A stretch of DNA of 64,000 nucleotides from an uncultured Gemmatimonadales bacterium (GTDB taxonomy: Bacteria; Gemmatimonadota; Gemmatimonadetes; Gemmatimonadales; GWC2-71-9), in assembly GCA_963842945.1 (NCBI GenBank), contig CAWJIM010000016.1, forward strand, positions 96,001 to 160,000, given 5' to 3'. The position numbers and the translations under genes are program-made. Position 1 is the first letter of the stretch; every line of letters begins with the position of its first letter. A model generated the notes under the pieces. It made no database searches. It worked only from the letters and a program-made list of their open reading frames with translations, and was not told the origin of the DNA. Of the stretch, positions 44,151-53,655 are shown one piece after another.

Positions 44151-45082
44151 CTGTTAATAGCCTGGTCCGTATCGACCACGTTCTGAGCCATGCGGGCCGA
44201 CGCCGCATCGATCATCCGTCCATCGAGCTGGGCCGCCCCCCGGCCTTCGCGGGCCGCCTGCTCCAGTGCGTCCAGGATTCGCCGGGCCCGCTCCACCTCC
44301 TTGGCAGGCGGGGTGAATACCTCATTGGCCAGCGCAATCTGGGATGGGTGAATGGCCCACTTTCCTTCGATGCCGAGGGCGGCTCCGCGCCGGGCAGCAA
44401 GGGTATAGCCGTCCGGATCCTTGAAGTCTCCGAAAGGACCATCGATCGCGCGGAGCCCGTAGGCCCGGCAGGCCACCACCATTCGGGACAGCGCCGCGTG
44501 CCACTGGTCCCCCGGGTAATCGGGGTTCAAACCGCCGATGTTTACCGTTCGGGCCCGGCAGCTGGCGGCGTAGTCGGCGACGCCGAAGTGCATGGCCTCG
44601 AGCCGCCGGCTCGACTGGGCGATGGCCTCGACGTTGGCCATGCCCAGAGCAGTCTCGATCAACACATCGATCCCAATGCGCTGTTCGATGCCTTTCGCCT
44701 CTTCGATCTGGGTCAGCAGTGCGTCCACCAGGTAAACGTCGGCCGGCACACCAACTTTGGGAATCAGCACGATATCCAGCCGGTCGCCCGCCTGCTCCAC
44801 GACATCCACCACGTCCCGGTACATATAATGTGTATCGATGCCGTTGATCCGCACCGCAATCGTTTTGCCCCGCTCCCGCCAGTCGTGGTCGTGCAGCGCG
44901 GCTATGACGTTGAGCCGGGCCTGAGCCTTGTCGGCCGGCGCCACAGCGTCTTCCAGATCGAGGAAGATGCAGTCCGCCTCGCTCTCCAGGGCCTTCCGAA
45001 ACATTCCCGGCTGGGAGCCTGGAACCGCCAGCTCACTGCGCTGAAGCCGCGCCCGCGCCGGCTCGTAGCGGGTATGGCTCAT
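44105..45082 (-). CDS. mcl: malyl-CoA lyase
   Basis: RLQRSELAVPGS, FLDLEDAVAP, RINGIDTHYMYRDVVDVVE, IETALGMANVE, FGVADYAAS, GKWAIHPSQ. Confidence 0.93.
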   Translation of the reverse strand: MSHTRYEPARARLQRSELAVPGSQPGMFRKALESEADCIFLDLEDAVAPADKAQARLNVIAALHDHDWRERGKTIAVRINGIDTHYMYRDVVDVVEQAGDRLDIVLIPKVGVPADVYLVDALLTQIEEAKGIEQRIGIDVLIETALGMANVEAIAQSSRRLEAMHFGVADYAASCRARTVNIGGLNPDYPGDQWHAALSRMVVACRAYGLRAIDGPFGDFKDPDGYTLAARRGAALGIEGKWAIHPSQIALANEVFTPPAKEVERARRILDALEQAAREGRGAAQLDGRMIDAASARMAQNVVDTDQAINSKSGVRGRESGVPVS

Positions 45083-46338
45083 CGCCCGGCGCCGACCGTG
45101 ACCTTCTTGGCTCCGCCGGAGGCGGGCTGCGCCTCGGGAGCCCGGGGTGGGAGATCTCGCTTGGATAAGGGAGCCGACGTGCTCCGCCAGTATTCCTGCG
45201 CCGCGGCCACGCCGCTGCCGAGAGTCACCTTCATGCCCACGTCCCGCATGGCCATCTCTGCCCCGGCGAGGGCGCCGAGCAACATCAGCTCGTTGAGATC
45301 ACCCAGATGACCGATCCGGAAAAGTTTGCCGGCCATGCGGGCGAGTCCGGCACCAAGGGCCAGATTGTAGCGCCGATACGCTACATCGATCACTTCGGCG
45401 CCGTTGATCCCCGGCGGAACCATGATCGCGGTGACCGTGTCGGAGTTCCACTTGGGCGCGCGGGCACAGAGCTCCAGGCCCCACGCCTTCACGGCCAGGC
45501 GGGTTCCTTCCGCCAGACGATGGTGGCGGGCAAAGACATTCTCCAGCCCCTCCTCCAGCAGCATGGCAATGGATTCCTTCAGGCCGTAGAGCATGGGAAT
45601 CGACGGCGTATAGGGGAAGTAGCCGGTGGCATTGGCCTTCCTCATATCACCAAAATCGAAGAACACCCGGGGCAGCCTGGCCTGGTCGTAGAGACCGAGC
45701 GCCTTCTGGCTCGCGCAGACGATGCCAAGTCCGGCGGGTAGCATGAAGCCCTTCTGGGATCCGGTAACGGCCAGATCCACACCCCACTCATCCATTCTGA
45801 AGTCGATGCTCGCGATGGAGCTCACCCCGTCCACCATGAGCAGGGCCGGGTGACGGGTCTCGCTCAGGGCACGACGGATTCCCGCCACATCGCTGGTGAC
45901 CCCGGTGGCAGTCTCGTTGTGGGTAAACAGCACCGCCTTGATCCGATGTGCGCTGTCAGCCGCCAGCGCCTCCTGGTACCGCTCGATGGGCGCGCCCTCT
46001 CCCCACTCCGCATCCAGCACCTCGACATCCAGGCCCAGTCGCTGCGCCATGTCGATCCAGAGATGGCTGAACATCCCGAACCGGCCGGCGAGCACCCGGT
46101 CGCCCGGGGATAGAGTGTTCGAAAGCGATGCCTCCCAGGCTCCGGTCCCACTCGCCGGAAAGAGGAATGGCTGGCCGGAAGTGGTTTTGAAGACTTTCTT
46201 CAGGTCCTCGAAGATCGGCGCCACGAAAGCTGGAAAATCAGAAGAGCGGTGATCTTCCATGGTGCGGTGCATGGCCCGGAGAACGCGGTCGGGCACGTTG
46301 GTGGGCCCGGGAACGAAAAGAAAGTTGCGGCCGGCCAT
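45079..46338 (-). CDS. sgaA: serine--glyoxylate aminotransferase
   Basis: GRNFLFVPGPTNVPDRV, EDHRS, FSHLWIDMAQRLGL, HNETATGV, TGSQKG, GYFPYTP, FRIGHLGDLNE. Confidence 0.94.
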   Translation of the reverse strand: MAGRNFLFVPGPTNVPDRVLRAMHRTMEDHRSSDFPAFVAPIFEDLKKVFKTTSGQPFLFPASGTGAWEASLSNTLSPGDRVLAGRFGMFSHLWIDMAQRLGLDVEVLDAEWGEGAPIERYQEALAADSAHRIKAVLFTHNETATGVTSDVAGIRRALSETRHPALLMVDGVSSIASIDFRMDEWGVDLAVTGSQKGFMLPAGLGIVCASQKALGLYDQARLPRVFFDFGDMRKANATGYFPYTPSIPMLYGLKESIAMLLEEGLENVFARHHRLAEGTRLAVKAWGLELCARAPKWNSDTVTAIMVPPGINGAEVIDVAYRRYNLALGAGLARMAGKLFRIGHLGDLNELMLLGALAGAEMAMRDVGMKVTLGSGVAAAQEYWRSTSAPLSKRDLPPRAPEAQPASGGAKKVTVGAGR

Positions 46339-46402
46339 GGGGACCTCTTGGAAAGATGGCAGACTAGAGATGGCAGACTGAGGGTACGTCAGATTCTTCC
46401 CG

Positions 46403-46431
46403 ACCATAACACTTTGTGAACTTTTTCACAA
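46403..46431 (-). promoter_or_regulatory. sgaA-operon promoter (TTGTGA-N17-TATGGT) overlapped by palindrome TTGTGAA-N4-TTCACAA (Rex box; also fits CRP TGTGA-N6-TCACA)
   Basis: Palindrome at 46414-46431. Minus-strand -35 at 46431-46426 and -10 at 46408-46403 with a TG extension. Confidence 0.7.
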
Positions 46432-46441
46432 GAGCGCAACG

Positions 46442-47765
46442 CTGAGCCCAGCCCACCCACTCCAGCCCCGGGAATTGCTGGGAAACCTTTACTCTGCTGC
46501 CACCGACGCGGTTGCGCCAGGACCGGCTCTGGCGCGACGGCTGGAGGCTGCCCCCGAGAGTGGCCGGCCGGTCTGGATTCTGGCTCTCGGCAAAGCCGCG
46601 TTCCCCATGGCGACCGCTGCACTGGACGTACTTCGCCGGCGCGGAACCTCCCCTGCCGGTGGACTGATCGTGGGCCCGGCCGAGGCGACCAGCCCGGATT
46701 CTTCTCTCGAGTGCACCGCCGGAGACCACCCGGAGCCGGGACAGCGGTCCCTGGCGGCAGCGGCCGCGCTGGAACGAACGGTAGGGCGGGTTCCGAGAAC
46801 CGATGAAGTCTGGCTTCTGCTTTCGGGTGGAACCAGCAGCCTGATTGCCGCTCCGGAGCCCGGACTGACGCCGGCGGAGCTGACATCGATCTATTCCCTG
46901 CTTCTGGGCTCAGGACTCGACATCACCGCGATGAACCGGATTCGCAAGCGGTTCTCCCGCTGGGGTGGTGGGAAGCTGGCTCGAGCCCTGGCGCCGGCCA
47001 AAGTCCGCGGATACGTGATCTCGGATGTGATAGGGGACGACCTCGCCTCCATCGGATCGGGTCCGTGTGTTCCGGACCCAACCACCGCGCGAGAAGTTCG
47101 CGAGCAATTGGAGCAAGCCGGCATTTGGCGTCGACTACCCGAAGCAGGGCGGTCCCTGGTGCTTTCGGTGGAAGCGGGAGAACGACCCGAGACTCCGAAA
47201 CCCGGAGACCATGCATTTGCCGGAGTGAGCCTCGAGGTGATCGCCAGTAACCGGCTGGCCTTGGAGGCAGCAGCCGGAAGAGCTCGCGAGCTTGGTCTCA
47301 CGCCGGTGGTAGTGGGATAGGCCGATATCGGGCGAAGCAGCACCTGCCGGGGCGCTGCTGGCCCGCAGTCTACTCGATCGCTGCGCGCAATCGGATATCG
47401 AAACAGACACTCGGGTGTGCTTGATCTGGGGCGGCGAAACGACGGTGAGTCTGGGCGAGCAACCGGCTGGGCTCGGTGGCCGCTGCCAGGAGCTGGCGCT
47501 CGCCGCCGCGAGAGCCTTGAGCGGTACATCCGAGAGAGTTGCCCTGCTGGCGGCGGGTACCGATGGTCGAGACGGTCCTACCGATGCGGCCGGAGCCATA
47601 GTGGACGGCCGGACTTGGCAGGCCATCGAGAGCTCGGGGCGCAATCCTGCTCAGGATCTGGCCGACCACAATTCCTATCCGGCGCTCGACGCCGCTGGAG
47701 CTCTACTCCGAACCGGACTGACCGGAACCAATGTGATGGATGTAGTGATAGGCTGCTGCCTCTAG
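46442..47765 (+). CDS. glycerate 2-kinase (DUF4147/MOFRL, class II), frameshift ~47320; start uncertain
   Basis: ALGKAA, GDHPEP, LLSGGTSSL, ISDVIGDD..IGSGP, WGGETTV, GGRCQE, GTDGRDGPTDAAGA, TGTNVMD. Confidence 0.9.
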
Positions 47766-48193
47766 GGATGCACCTCCAGCCTGGGGAGGAAGTCTTCTCC
47801 GAGGATCACGCTCACATCAACTCGGCGAAACGTGTCGATCTCGACCGTCACCGCGCCGGCGCCAAGAGCAGCGGCAACGTATCCCGCCTGAACCGAGTCC
47901 CCCCGGCGGGCCAGAACGCGGGTCAGAGGCGCGGTGGAATCGGCATTGCCGAGGAATACCACGTCCAGTCCTCGGCGGCGCAGCATTCGAGTGGCGGTTC
48001 TGGCCGCGCCCTGCCGCCGAGTCCCATTGAGCACCTCAACGGTTATTCGTTCTTTCGGCGTGATCACAGCAGAGGCGGCAGAGGTGCGCTCCGGCCTGGC
48101 ACGCGGCCAAAGCCAGAGTCCCACTCCCAGCACCAGCAGCAGCAAGCCTGCGCCTAGCGCGAGCTCCCGCCAGTGCCGACGATACTGTTCCAG
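47762..48193 (-). CDS. LytR C-terminal domain membrane protein
   Basis: TM helix then ITVEVLNGTRRQGAA..GNAD..DVSVILGEDF. Confidence 0.82.
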   Translation of the reverse strand: MEQYRRHWRELALGAGLLLLVLGVGLWLWPRARPERTSAASAVITPKERITVEVLNGTRRQGAARTATRMLRRRGLDVVFLGNADSTAPLTRVLARRGDSVQAGYVAAALGAGAVTVEIDTFRRVDVSVILGEDFLPRLEVHP

Positions 48194-48723
48194 AATCGGT
48201 ATGTAGGCTCGAGAACGGGCCATCCAGATTCGATGATGTGGGACAGTCGAGCGCGTGCGACTTCGCGGAGGACACCTTGCGGATCGTCAGGCAACCGTTG
48301 AGCCAATTCGGCTCGTTGCTTCCGCTGGAACGGCCGCCCGGGATCGAGGTAATCCGCGCAATATAGAATGCGGCCGACCATATCCCATTCGGCCAGTCCC
48401 AGTGAGTGGTACCGCACCGCATCCAGCACGCCGCGGTCGTCCTCTCCTTCGGCCCGGGCCCGACCCGCGCTGGCCGGGCCGTGGCGTAGCTCGGGCGGGC
48501 CCGGAGAGTCGGCGGCCCACCTCTCCAGCTCCTCCGGCGAAGCGTCGCGCAGAGCGTCGTGCAGCCATACTGCGCGAAGCCACCGGTGTTTTTCCGAATC
48601 GGGGACGCCGATCTGTTCCGCCCAGACAGCGGCCAGCCGGGCTACTCGCTGAATGTGTTCCAGCCGCTTGGGAGTGACCACCGCCCATTGGGGCAGGGTT
48701 GGCCGGAGCCCGGCATCAACCAA
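48154..48723 (-). CDS. HD-domain hydrolase, YqeK-like
   Basis: KRLEHIQRV, WLHDA, HGPASA, AVRYHSLG, LYCADYLDPGR. Confidence 0.82.
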   Translation of the reverse strand: MVDAGLRPTLPQWAVVTPKRLEHIQRVARLAAVWAEQIGVPDSEKHRWLRAVWLHDALRDASPEELERWAADSPGPPELRHGPASAGRARAEGEDDRGVLDAVRYHSLGLAEWDMVGRILYCADYLDPGRPFQRKQRAELAQRLPDDPQGVLREVARARLSHIIESGWPVLEPTYRFWNSIVGTGGSSR

Positions 48724-49570
48724 GGCCTTGAGCCAGGTGGATGTTGTCGATCAGACGAGTACTGCCGACCCGGGCAGCGACGGCGATAATAGTTCGGGCA
48801 TCCGCGGTTGAAACCGGACTGAGGCCTTCTGGCTCGACGATGGCAACGTACTCTATCCGCACACCGGGTTCGGCGTTGAGTTCCCGGCGCATCCGATCTT
48901 CCAGCCTCGCAGCCTGGCGTTCCCCTTCGCAAAAGCTGCGGTGCGCCGCGACGAGCGCCCGGCTGAGGGCCCGGGCCTGCCGGCGCTCGTCCTCATTCAG
49001 GTAGGCGTTCCGGCTGCTCAGCGCGAGCCCGTCGGGCTCGCGAATCGTCGGCACGGCGGCAAGCTCGATGGGCCAGTCGAGATCCCGTACCATTCGTCTG
49101 ATCAGCGTCAACTGCTGGATGTCTTTTTGCCCGAAGCAGGCCAGGTCCGGCTGGACCAGATGAAACAGCTTGGCCACCACCGTGAGCACACCGGTAAAGT
49201 GCCCCGGCCGGGCTTCGCCTTCCCACCGTTCCGCCGTTGCACCCGGGGTCACCCGGACCTCGGAACCGGCCGGGTACATCGTCTCGACTGAGGGCACAAA
49301 GAGGGCGTCCACACCACGGCCCTGTGCAAGGCTGCGGTCCCGAGGCAAATCTCTGGGGTAACGGGCCAGATCTTCTCGGGGACCGAATTGCAGCGGATTC
49401 ACGAAGATGCTGAGCACAACCGCATCGGTCCGCCGCTTTGCCTCATCCACCAGCGCGAGATGGCCCTCGTGGAGATATCCCATCGTAGGCACCAGACCGA
49501 TGCGGCGCCCCGCACTGCGTTGGGCCCGGGTCCAAGCACGCATATCGGGAATGGTGGTCAGCTCAGTCAA
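48716..49570 (-). CDS. panC: pantoate--beta-alanine ligase
   Basis: VPTMGYLHEGH, SIFVNPLQF, RPGHFTGV, FGQKD, GLALSSRN, RLIDN. Confidence 0.96.
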   Translation of the reverse strand: MTELTTIPDMRAWTRAQRSAGRRIGLVPTMGYLHEGHLALVDEAKRRTDAVVLSIFVNPLQFGPREDLARYPRDLPRDRSLAQGRGVDALFVPSVETMYPAGSEVRVTPGATAERWEGEARPGHFTGVLTVVAKLFHLVQPDLACFGQKDIQQLTLIRRMVRDLDWPIELAAVPTIREPDGLALSSRNAYLNEDERRQARALSRALVAAHRSFCEGERQAARLEDRMRRELNAEPGVRIEYVAIVEPEGLSPVSTADARTIIAVAARVGSTRLIDNIHLAQGLG

Positions 49571-50375
49571 AGCTGTGCTCTCGCCCCGGATACTTTCCGT
49601 CACGCACATCCGCGGCAAAGGCCCGCACCGAATCCCGCACCGATTGCCCCAGCTTGCCGTAATGCTTGAGAAACTTCGGGGCAAACTGCTCATTGAGCCC
49701 GAGCATGTCGTGCAGCACCAGAACTTGGCCGTCGCAGTGAAGTCCGGCTCCAATACCAATGGTTGGAATGGTCAGTGACTGCGAAATGCGGCCGGCAACG
49801 GCAGCGGGGATCAGCTCGAGAACAACGGCGCACGCTCCGGCAGACTGCAGGAGCTTGGCATCTCTGACCAGGCGCTCGGCGGCTTCCTCGTCCCTCCCCT
49901 GCACCCGATAGCCGCCGAGAGCATGCACCGATTGCGGGGTGAGACCGAGATGCCCCATCACCGGAATCCCCCGCTCGACCAGCGCCGCCACGGTATCCAC
50001 CATGTGGCCTCCGCCCTCGAGCTTCACTCCATGGGCGCCGGTCTCCTGCAGCACTCTTCCCGCATTCCGGATGGCCTCGGGGATCGAGATCTGATAGGTG
50101 AGGAATGGCAGGTCCACGAAGACCAGCGCGCGGCGGGAGCCCCGCCGGACGGCGGCGGCATGATAGATCATCTGGTCGAGAGTGGCGCTAAGGGTGGTCT
50201 CGTGACCGGCTATCACCTGGTTCAGCGAGTCGCCCACCAGCAGGACATCTACGCCTGCGTCTTCCAGCAGGCGAGCAAAGATGGCGTCGTAGCAGGTGAG
50301 CATGACGACGCGTTTGCCTGCTGCTTTCATCGTCAGCAGGTCGGTGACCGTGAGCGGCCGCGGGTCAGCGTTCAT
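49563..50375 (-). CDS. panB: 3-methyl-2-oxobutanoate hydroxymethyltransferase
   Basis: LTCYD, LLVGDS, VKLEGG, HLGLTPQS, IGIGAG..CDGQVLV. Confidence 0.96.
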   Translation of the reverse strand: MNADPRPLTVTDLLTMKAAGKRVVMLTCYDAIFARLLEDAGVDVLLVGDSLNQVIAGHETTLSATLDQMIYHAAAVRRGSRRALVFVDLPFLTYQISIPEAIRNAGRVLQETGAHGVKLEGGGHMVDTVAALVERGIPVMGHLGLTPQSVHALGGYRVQGRDEEAAERLVRDAKLLQSAGACAVVLELIPAAVAGRISQSLTIPTIGIGAGLHCDGQVLVLHDMLGLNEQFAPKFLKHYGKLGQSVRDSVRAFAADVRDGKYPGREHSFD

Positions 50376-50778
50376 CGGGCTTCAACTCCGCCAGCTCTCG
50401 GCGCCAAAAGTCGCGGTTGGACAGCTCGGGATGAGGAATGATAAGGTCAGGCTCGGCTACCCGCCTCTCTCCGAAGCGAACGATATCCAGATCCAGGGTG
50501 CGCGAGCCCCAACGCTCGGTTCGCTTTCGGTCCTGCGCCTGTTCAATGGCCTGCAGGGCCTGGAGCAGCTGCCGGGGCTCGAGGCGAGTTTCCAGGAGAA
50601 CCATCTGATTGAGATAGGGAGGTTGTTGCTTGCCACCCAGCGGCGCGGTTTCCTCGATGCTGGAGGCGGAAACCAGAGTGGTATCCGGCAGAGCCGCTAA
50701 GGCCGCACGCGCTGCCCGTAGATGGCCCTCCCGGTCGCCCAGGTTGCTGCCCAGCGCCACGTAGGCCTTCTCCGGCAG
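50365..50778 (-). CDS. folK: 2-amino-4-hydroxy-6-hydroxymethyldihydropteridine diphosphokinase
   Basis: AYVALGSNLGDR, YLNQ, RWGSRTLDLDI, LIIPHP. Confidence 0.95.
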   Translation of the reverse strand: MPEKAYVALGSNLGDREGHLRAARAALAALPDTTLVSASSIEETAPLGGKQQPPYLNQMVLLETRLEPRQLLQALQAIEQAQDRKRTERWGSRTLDLDIVRFGERRVAEPDLIIPHPELSNRDFWRRELAELKPDER

Positions 50779-50785
50779 TCTTCGC

Positions 50786-52867
50786 TCAGACCTCGACAAC
50801 AAAGTGACTCGCGATCCGCTGGAGATCGGAAGCGAGGTCGCCGAGCTCGCGGATGGACCGCTCCAGCTCAGCCTGTCCGGCCGAGGCTTCTCCCGCCCGT
50901 TTGGCAAGTGTATCGGTATCGGCCCGGCTCTTGGCCGAACTGGCGGCAACCTGCTCGATCTGACCGGTGAGGGAGTTCACCGCGTCACGCTGTTGTGCTG
51001 CAGTGGCAGCAATGGCCTTGGCGTGGCCGCCAGCCTCGCCAGTGGTCCCCACGATAGCATCCAGCGCCTTGGCGGCATCGGCGCTCAGCTCTTCTACTCC
51101 GGCCACAACATCTCGGCCACGCTCCATCTGGCTGGACACGGACGATACCTGATCGGCGATTTCGCCGAGCAACCCGCCGGCTTCCTGAGCAGCGTGCAGG
51201 CTTTGCGCGGCGAGCTCCCGGACCTCGGAGGCAACGACGGCAAAGCCCCTGCCCTCCCGACCGGCTCGCGCGGCTTCGATCGCGGCGTTCAGGGCGATGA
51301 GATTGGTCAGATCGGCGATCTCACGGATGGTGCCAATGAAACCGGTGATGCGCTGAGTCAGCGCGCCGAGGGAAGCAACCCGATCGGCGCCGCCGGCGAC
51401 AAAGCCCTTGAGCTCGACCAGCCGGGCGATGGCGTCGCCGATGACGTCGCGGTTGCGGGCCGCAACCTCGGCGGCCGTGCCGCTTGCCGCCGCGGCCTGG
51501 GCTCCCTGATTCATCATTTCCTGCGAGGCGTTCGCCAGCGATCCGGTTGCGCGGAGCCCGCCGGTAGCGAACCGCTCCAGCTCCATGGCACCCTGACGCA
51601 TGCCCAGCGAAACATCGGCCAGCGCGCTCGCGGAGGTTCGCAGCGAGTCTGCGACCCGAGCCAGCGAGGTGACCTGCTCACCGATCTGCCCCACGGTCAG
51701 CACCAGCGGCCGCCGGAGCTCGGCAATATGAATGGCCGTGGCCATTTGGCCAGCCAGTGTGCTCATGGCCAACAGATCTTTGGAGCGATAGACGTGACGC
51801 TTCTGGTGTTCCACCTCGAGCAGGCCCAGGATGTCATCACCGAACCGAATGGGATGGATGACCAGAGACAGGGCGTGGCGCAGCACTCCGGCCACGCGGT
51901 CGTCCTTGCGGCTATCCCGGATCACGAGCGCCTCTCGAGTTTCCAGCACTGCCTGTCTGAGGGCCGCCACTTCCGAAGGCGGCTCGCCACGATTGGGCCG
52001 GCCCATCGAGCTGCGGAAGACCAGGGAAATCTGCGATCCGTTCACCCGGTATACTCGAAAGTCGCTCCAGTCGAGCAGACGATAGCCGAGCCGCTCGATT
52101 TGGGTGAAGGAGCCCTGAAGGGTGGCATTACTCGCGATAGCCCCCTCCATCAAGTGGACCTTGTTCAGGTCCTCGGCGCCTATCGCCTCATCCAGAATCT
52201 GACGGGCGAGCAAGCCCACGACACCAAGGGCAAGTGCGACGGCTACCCAGGCGCCGGGCTCCAGTTTGGCCAGGGTGGCAATCACGATCGTAGTGGCGAT
52301 GAGAGTCAGCAGGTACGAGCTGACCTCCCAACGCAGGATCAGGATCTTCTCGGCACTCTCCAGCTTGTTGCGGACCAGCAGGCTGAAGTAGAAGAGAGCC
52401 CGACTCAGGAAGAAGTAGAGGGCGACAAGGATGGCAGCGGCTGGTAGAAAATCCAGGGTCACCTCGTTGGTCCCACCCATCGCGAGAATCGCGGCGTAGG
52501 CACCATAGGCCGCCACAAAGCTGATTACCTCCCGGCCGGCGTTGATCACGCCGGATCGCGGGGGCTTCCGGAGACCGAAGACGTCTGCGGCCGCTACCCC
52601 GACCCACAGCGCGGCGGCAACCGGCGACGGCCCAACGCATACCGCTCCGACGAGTGTGGGTATGGCCGATTGGGTCAGGTAGGAATACTTGCTCAACCGG
52701 ACCGGCACGGCCCGAAGGGCAAAGATGGTGAGCATCAATACACTGGTGGAGATGGGGCTGGCCATCCACCGGGAATCGACCGCCAGCACTCCTGCCAGGA
52801 GTGCGAGCCCGCCCAGCCAAAGCATTCTGCTGTAGCCGTTCAGCAGCCCCTGGACCTTGATGGTCAT
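50786..52867 (-). CDS. methyl-accepting chemotaxis protein with multi-TM sensor and GAF domain
   Basis: ~7 hydrophobic helices, GAF-like [16 protein letters not shown], signalling tip [37 protein letters not shown]. Confidence 0.88.
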   Translation of the reverse strand: MTIKVQGLLNGYSRMLWLGGLALLAGVLAVDSRWMASPISTSVLMLTIFALRAVPVRLSKYSYLTQSAIPTLVGAVCVGPSPVAAALWVGVAAADVFGLRKPPRSGVINAGREVISFVAAYGAYAAILAMGGTNEVTLDFLPAAAILVALYFFLSRALFYFSLLVRNKLESAEKILILRWEVSSYLLTLIATTIVIATLAKLEPGAWVAVALALGVVGLLARQILDEAIGAEDLNKVHLMEGAIASNATLQGSFTQIERLGYRLLDWSDFRVYRVNGSQISLVFRSSMGRPNRGEPPSEVAALRQAVLETREALVIRDSRKDDRVAGVLRHALSLVIHPIRFGDDILGLLEVEHQKRHVYRSKDLLAMSTLAGQMATAIHIAELRRPLVLTVGQIGEQVTSLARVADSLRTSASALADVSLGMRQGAMELERFATGGLRATGSLANASQEMMNQGAQAAAASGTAAEVAARNRDVIGDAIARLVELKGFVAGGADRVASLGALTQRITGFIGTIREIADLTNLIALNAAIEAARAGREGRGFAVVASEVRELAAQSLHAAQEAGGLLGEIADQVSSVSSQMERGRDVVAGVEELSADAAKALDAIVGTTGEAGGHAKAIAATAAQQRDAVNSLTGQIEQVAASSAKSRADTDTLAKRAGEASAGQAELERSIRELGDLASDLQRIASHFVVEV

Positions 52868-53655
52868 CCGTCTACCCCACTGTCCAGGCCTGCGCGAAGC
52901 CGGCGAAGAAAGCGGGCCGCTTCGCGGACGCCATCGCGGCCCAGAACATCCACCAGGGCGCTCCCGACCACGACACCATCAGCCATTTGCCCCACGGCGT
53001 GCGCTTGCTCGGGCGTTGAAATGCCAAATCCGACCGCTACCGGCAGTGGGGTGGCCCGCCGCACTTGCCCGATCGACTCCGCCAGGTTCCCTGACAACGA
53101 CGCGGTAGCACCGGTCACACCGAGTCGGGCAACCAGATACACAAATCCCTGAGCCCCTGCGACAGCGACTTTCAATCGAGCCGCCTGCGTGGTAGGGGCG
53201 ATCAGCCGGATGAGATCGAGACTGCTGGCCTGAACCGCGGACTCCACCGCAGGATCGGATCCGGCCGGCAGATCGGTCAGGATCAAGCCGGCCACGCCCA
53301 GAGCCCCGGCATCGGCAAGGAAGCGGTCCATGCCGTAACGCAGAATCGGATTCAGGTAACTGAATAACACAACGGGTCGGTTGAGCTCGAGCTCCGCAAT
53401 GAGCTGGATAGTCCCGGGCAGGGTCATGCCCTGTTGCAAGGCCTGGAAAGTGGAGCGCTGGATAGTGGGGCCGTCGGCCAGCGGATCGCTGAATGGAACA
53501 CCCACTTCGATGATGTCCGCCACCTCCGCTGCCGCCCGAATCGCCGCGCCACTCGTGTCCCGGGTGGGATAGCCCGCCGTGAGATAGGGGATCAGGGCTC
53601 GCCGTCCGTCGGATCGGAGGGCAGCCCAGGTCCGCGTTAGCGGCGAATCAGACAA
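52864..53655 (-). CDS. trpA: tryptophan synthase alpha chain
   Basis: [47 protein letters not shown]. Confidence 0.96.
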   Translation of the reverse strand: MSDSPLTRTWAALRSDGRRALIPYLTAGYPTRDTSGAAIRAAAEVADIIEVGVPFSDPLADGPTIQRSTFQALQQGMTLPGTIQLIAELELNRPVVLFSYLNPILRYGMDRFLADAGALGVAGLILTDLPAGSDPAVESAVQASSLDLIRLIAPTTQAARLKVAVAGAQGFVYLVARLGVTGATASLSGNLAESIGQVRRATPLPVAVGFGISTPEQAHAVGQMADGVVVGSALVDVLGRDGVREAARFLRRLRAGLDSGVDG

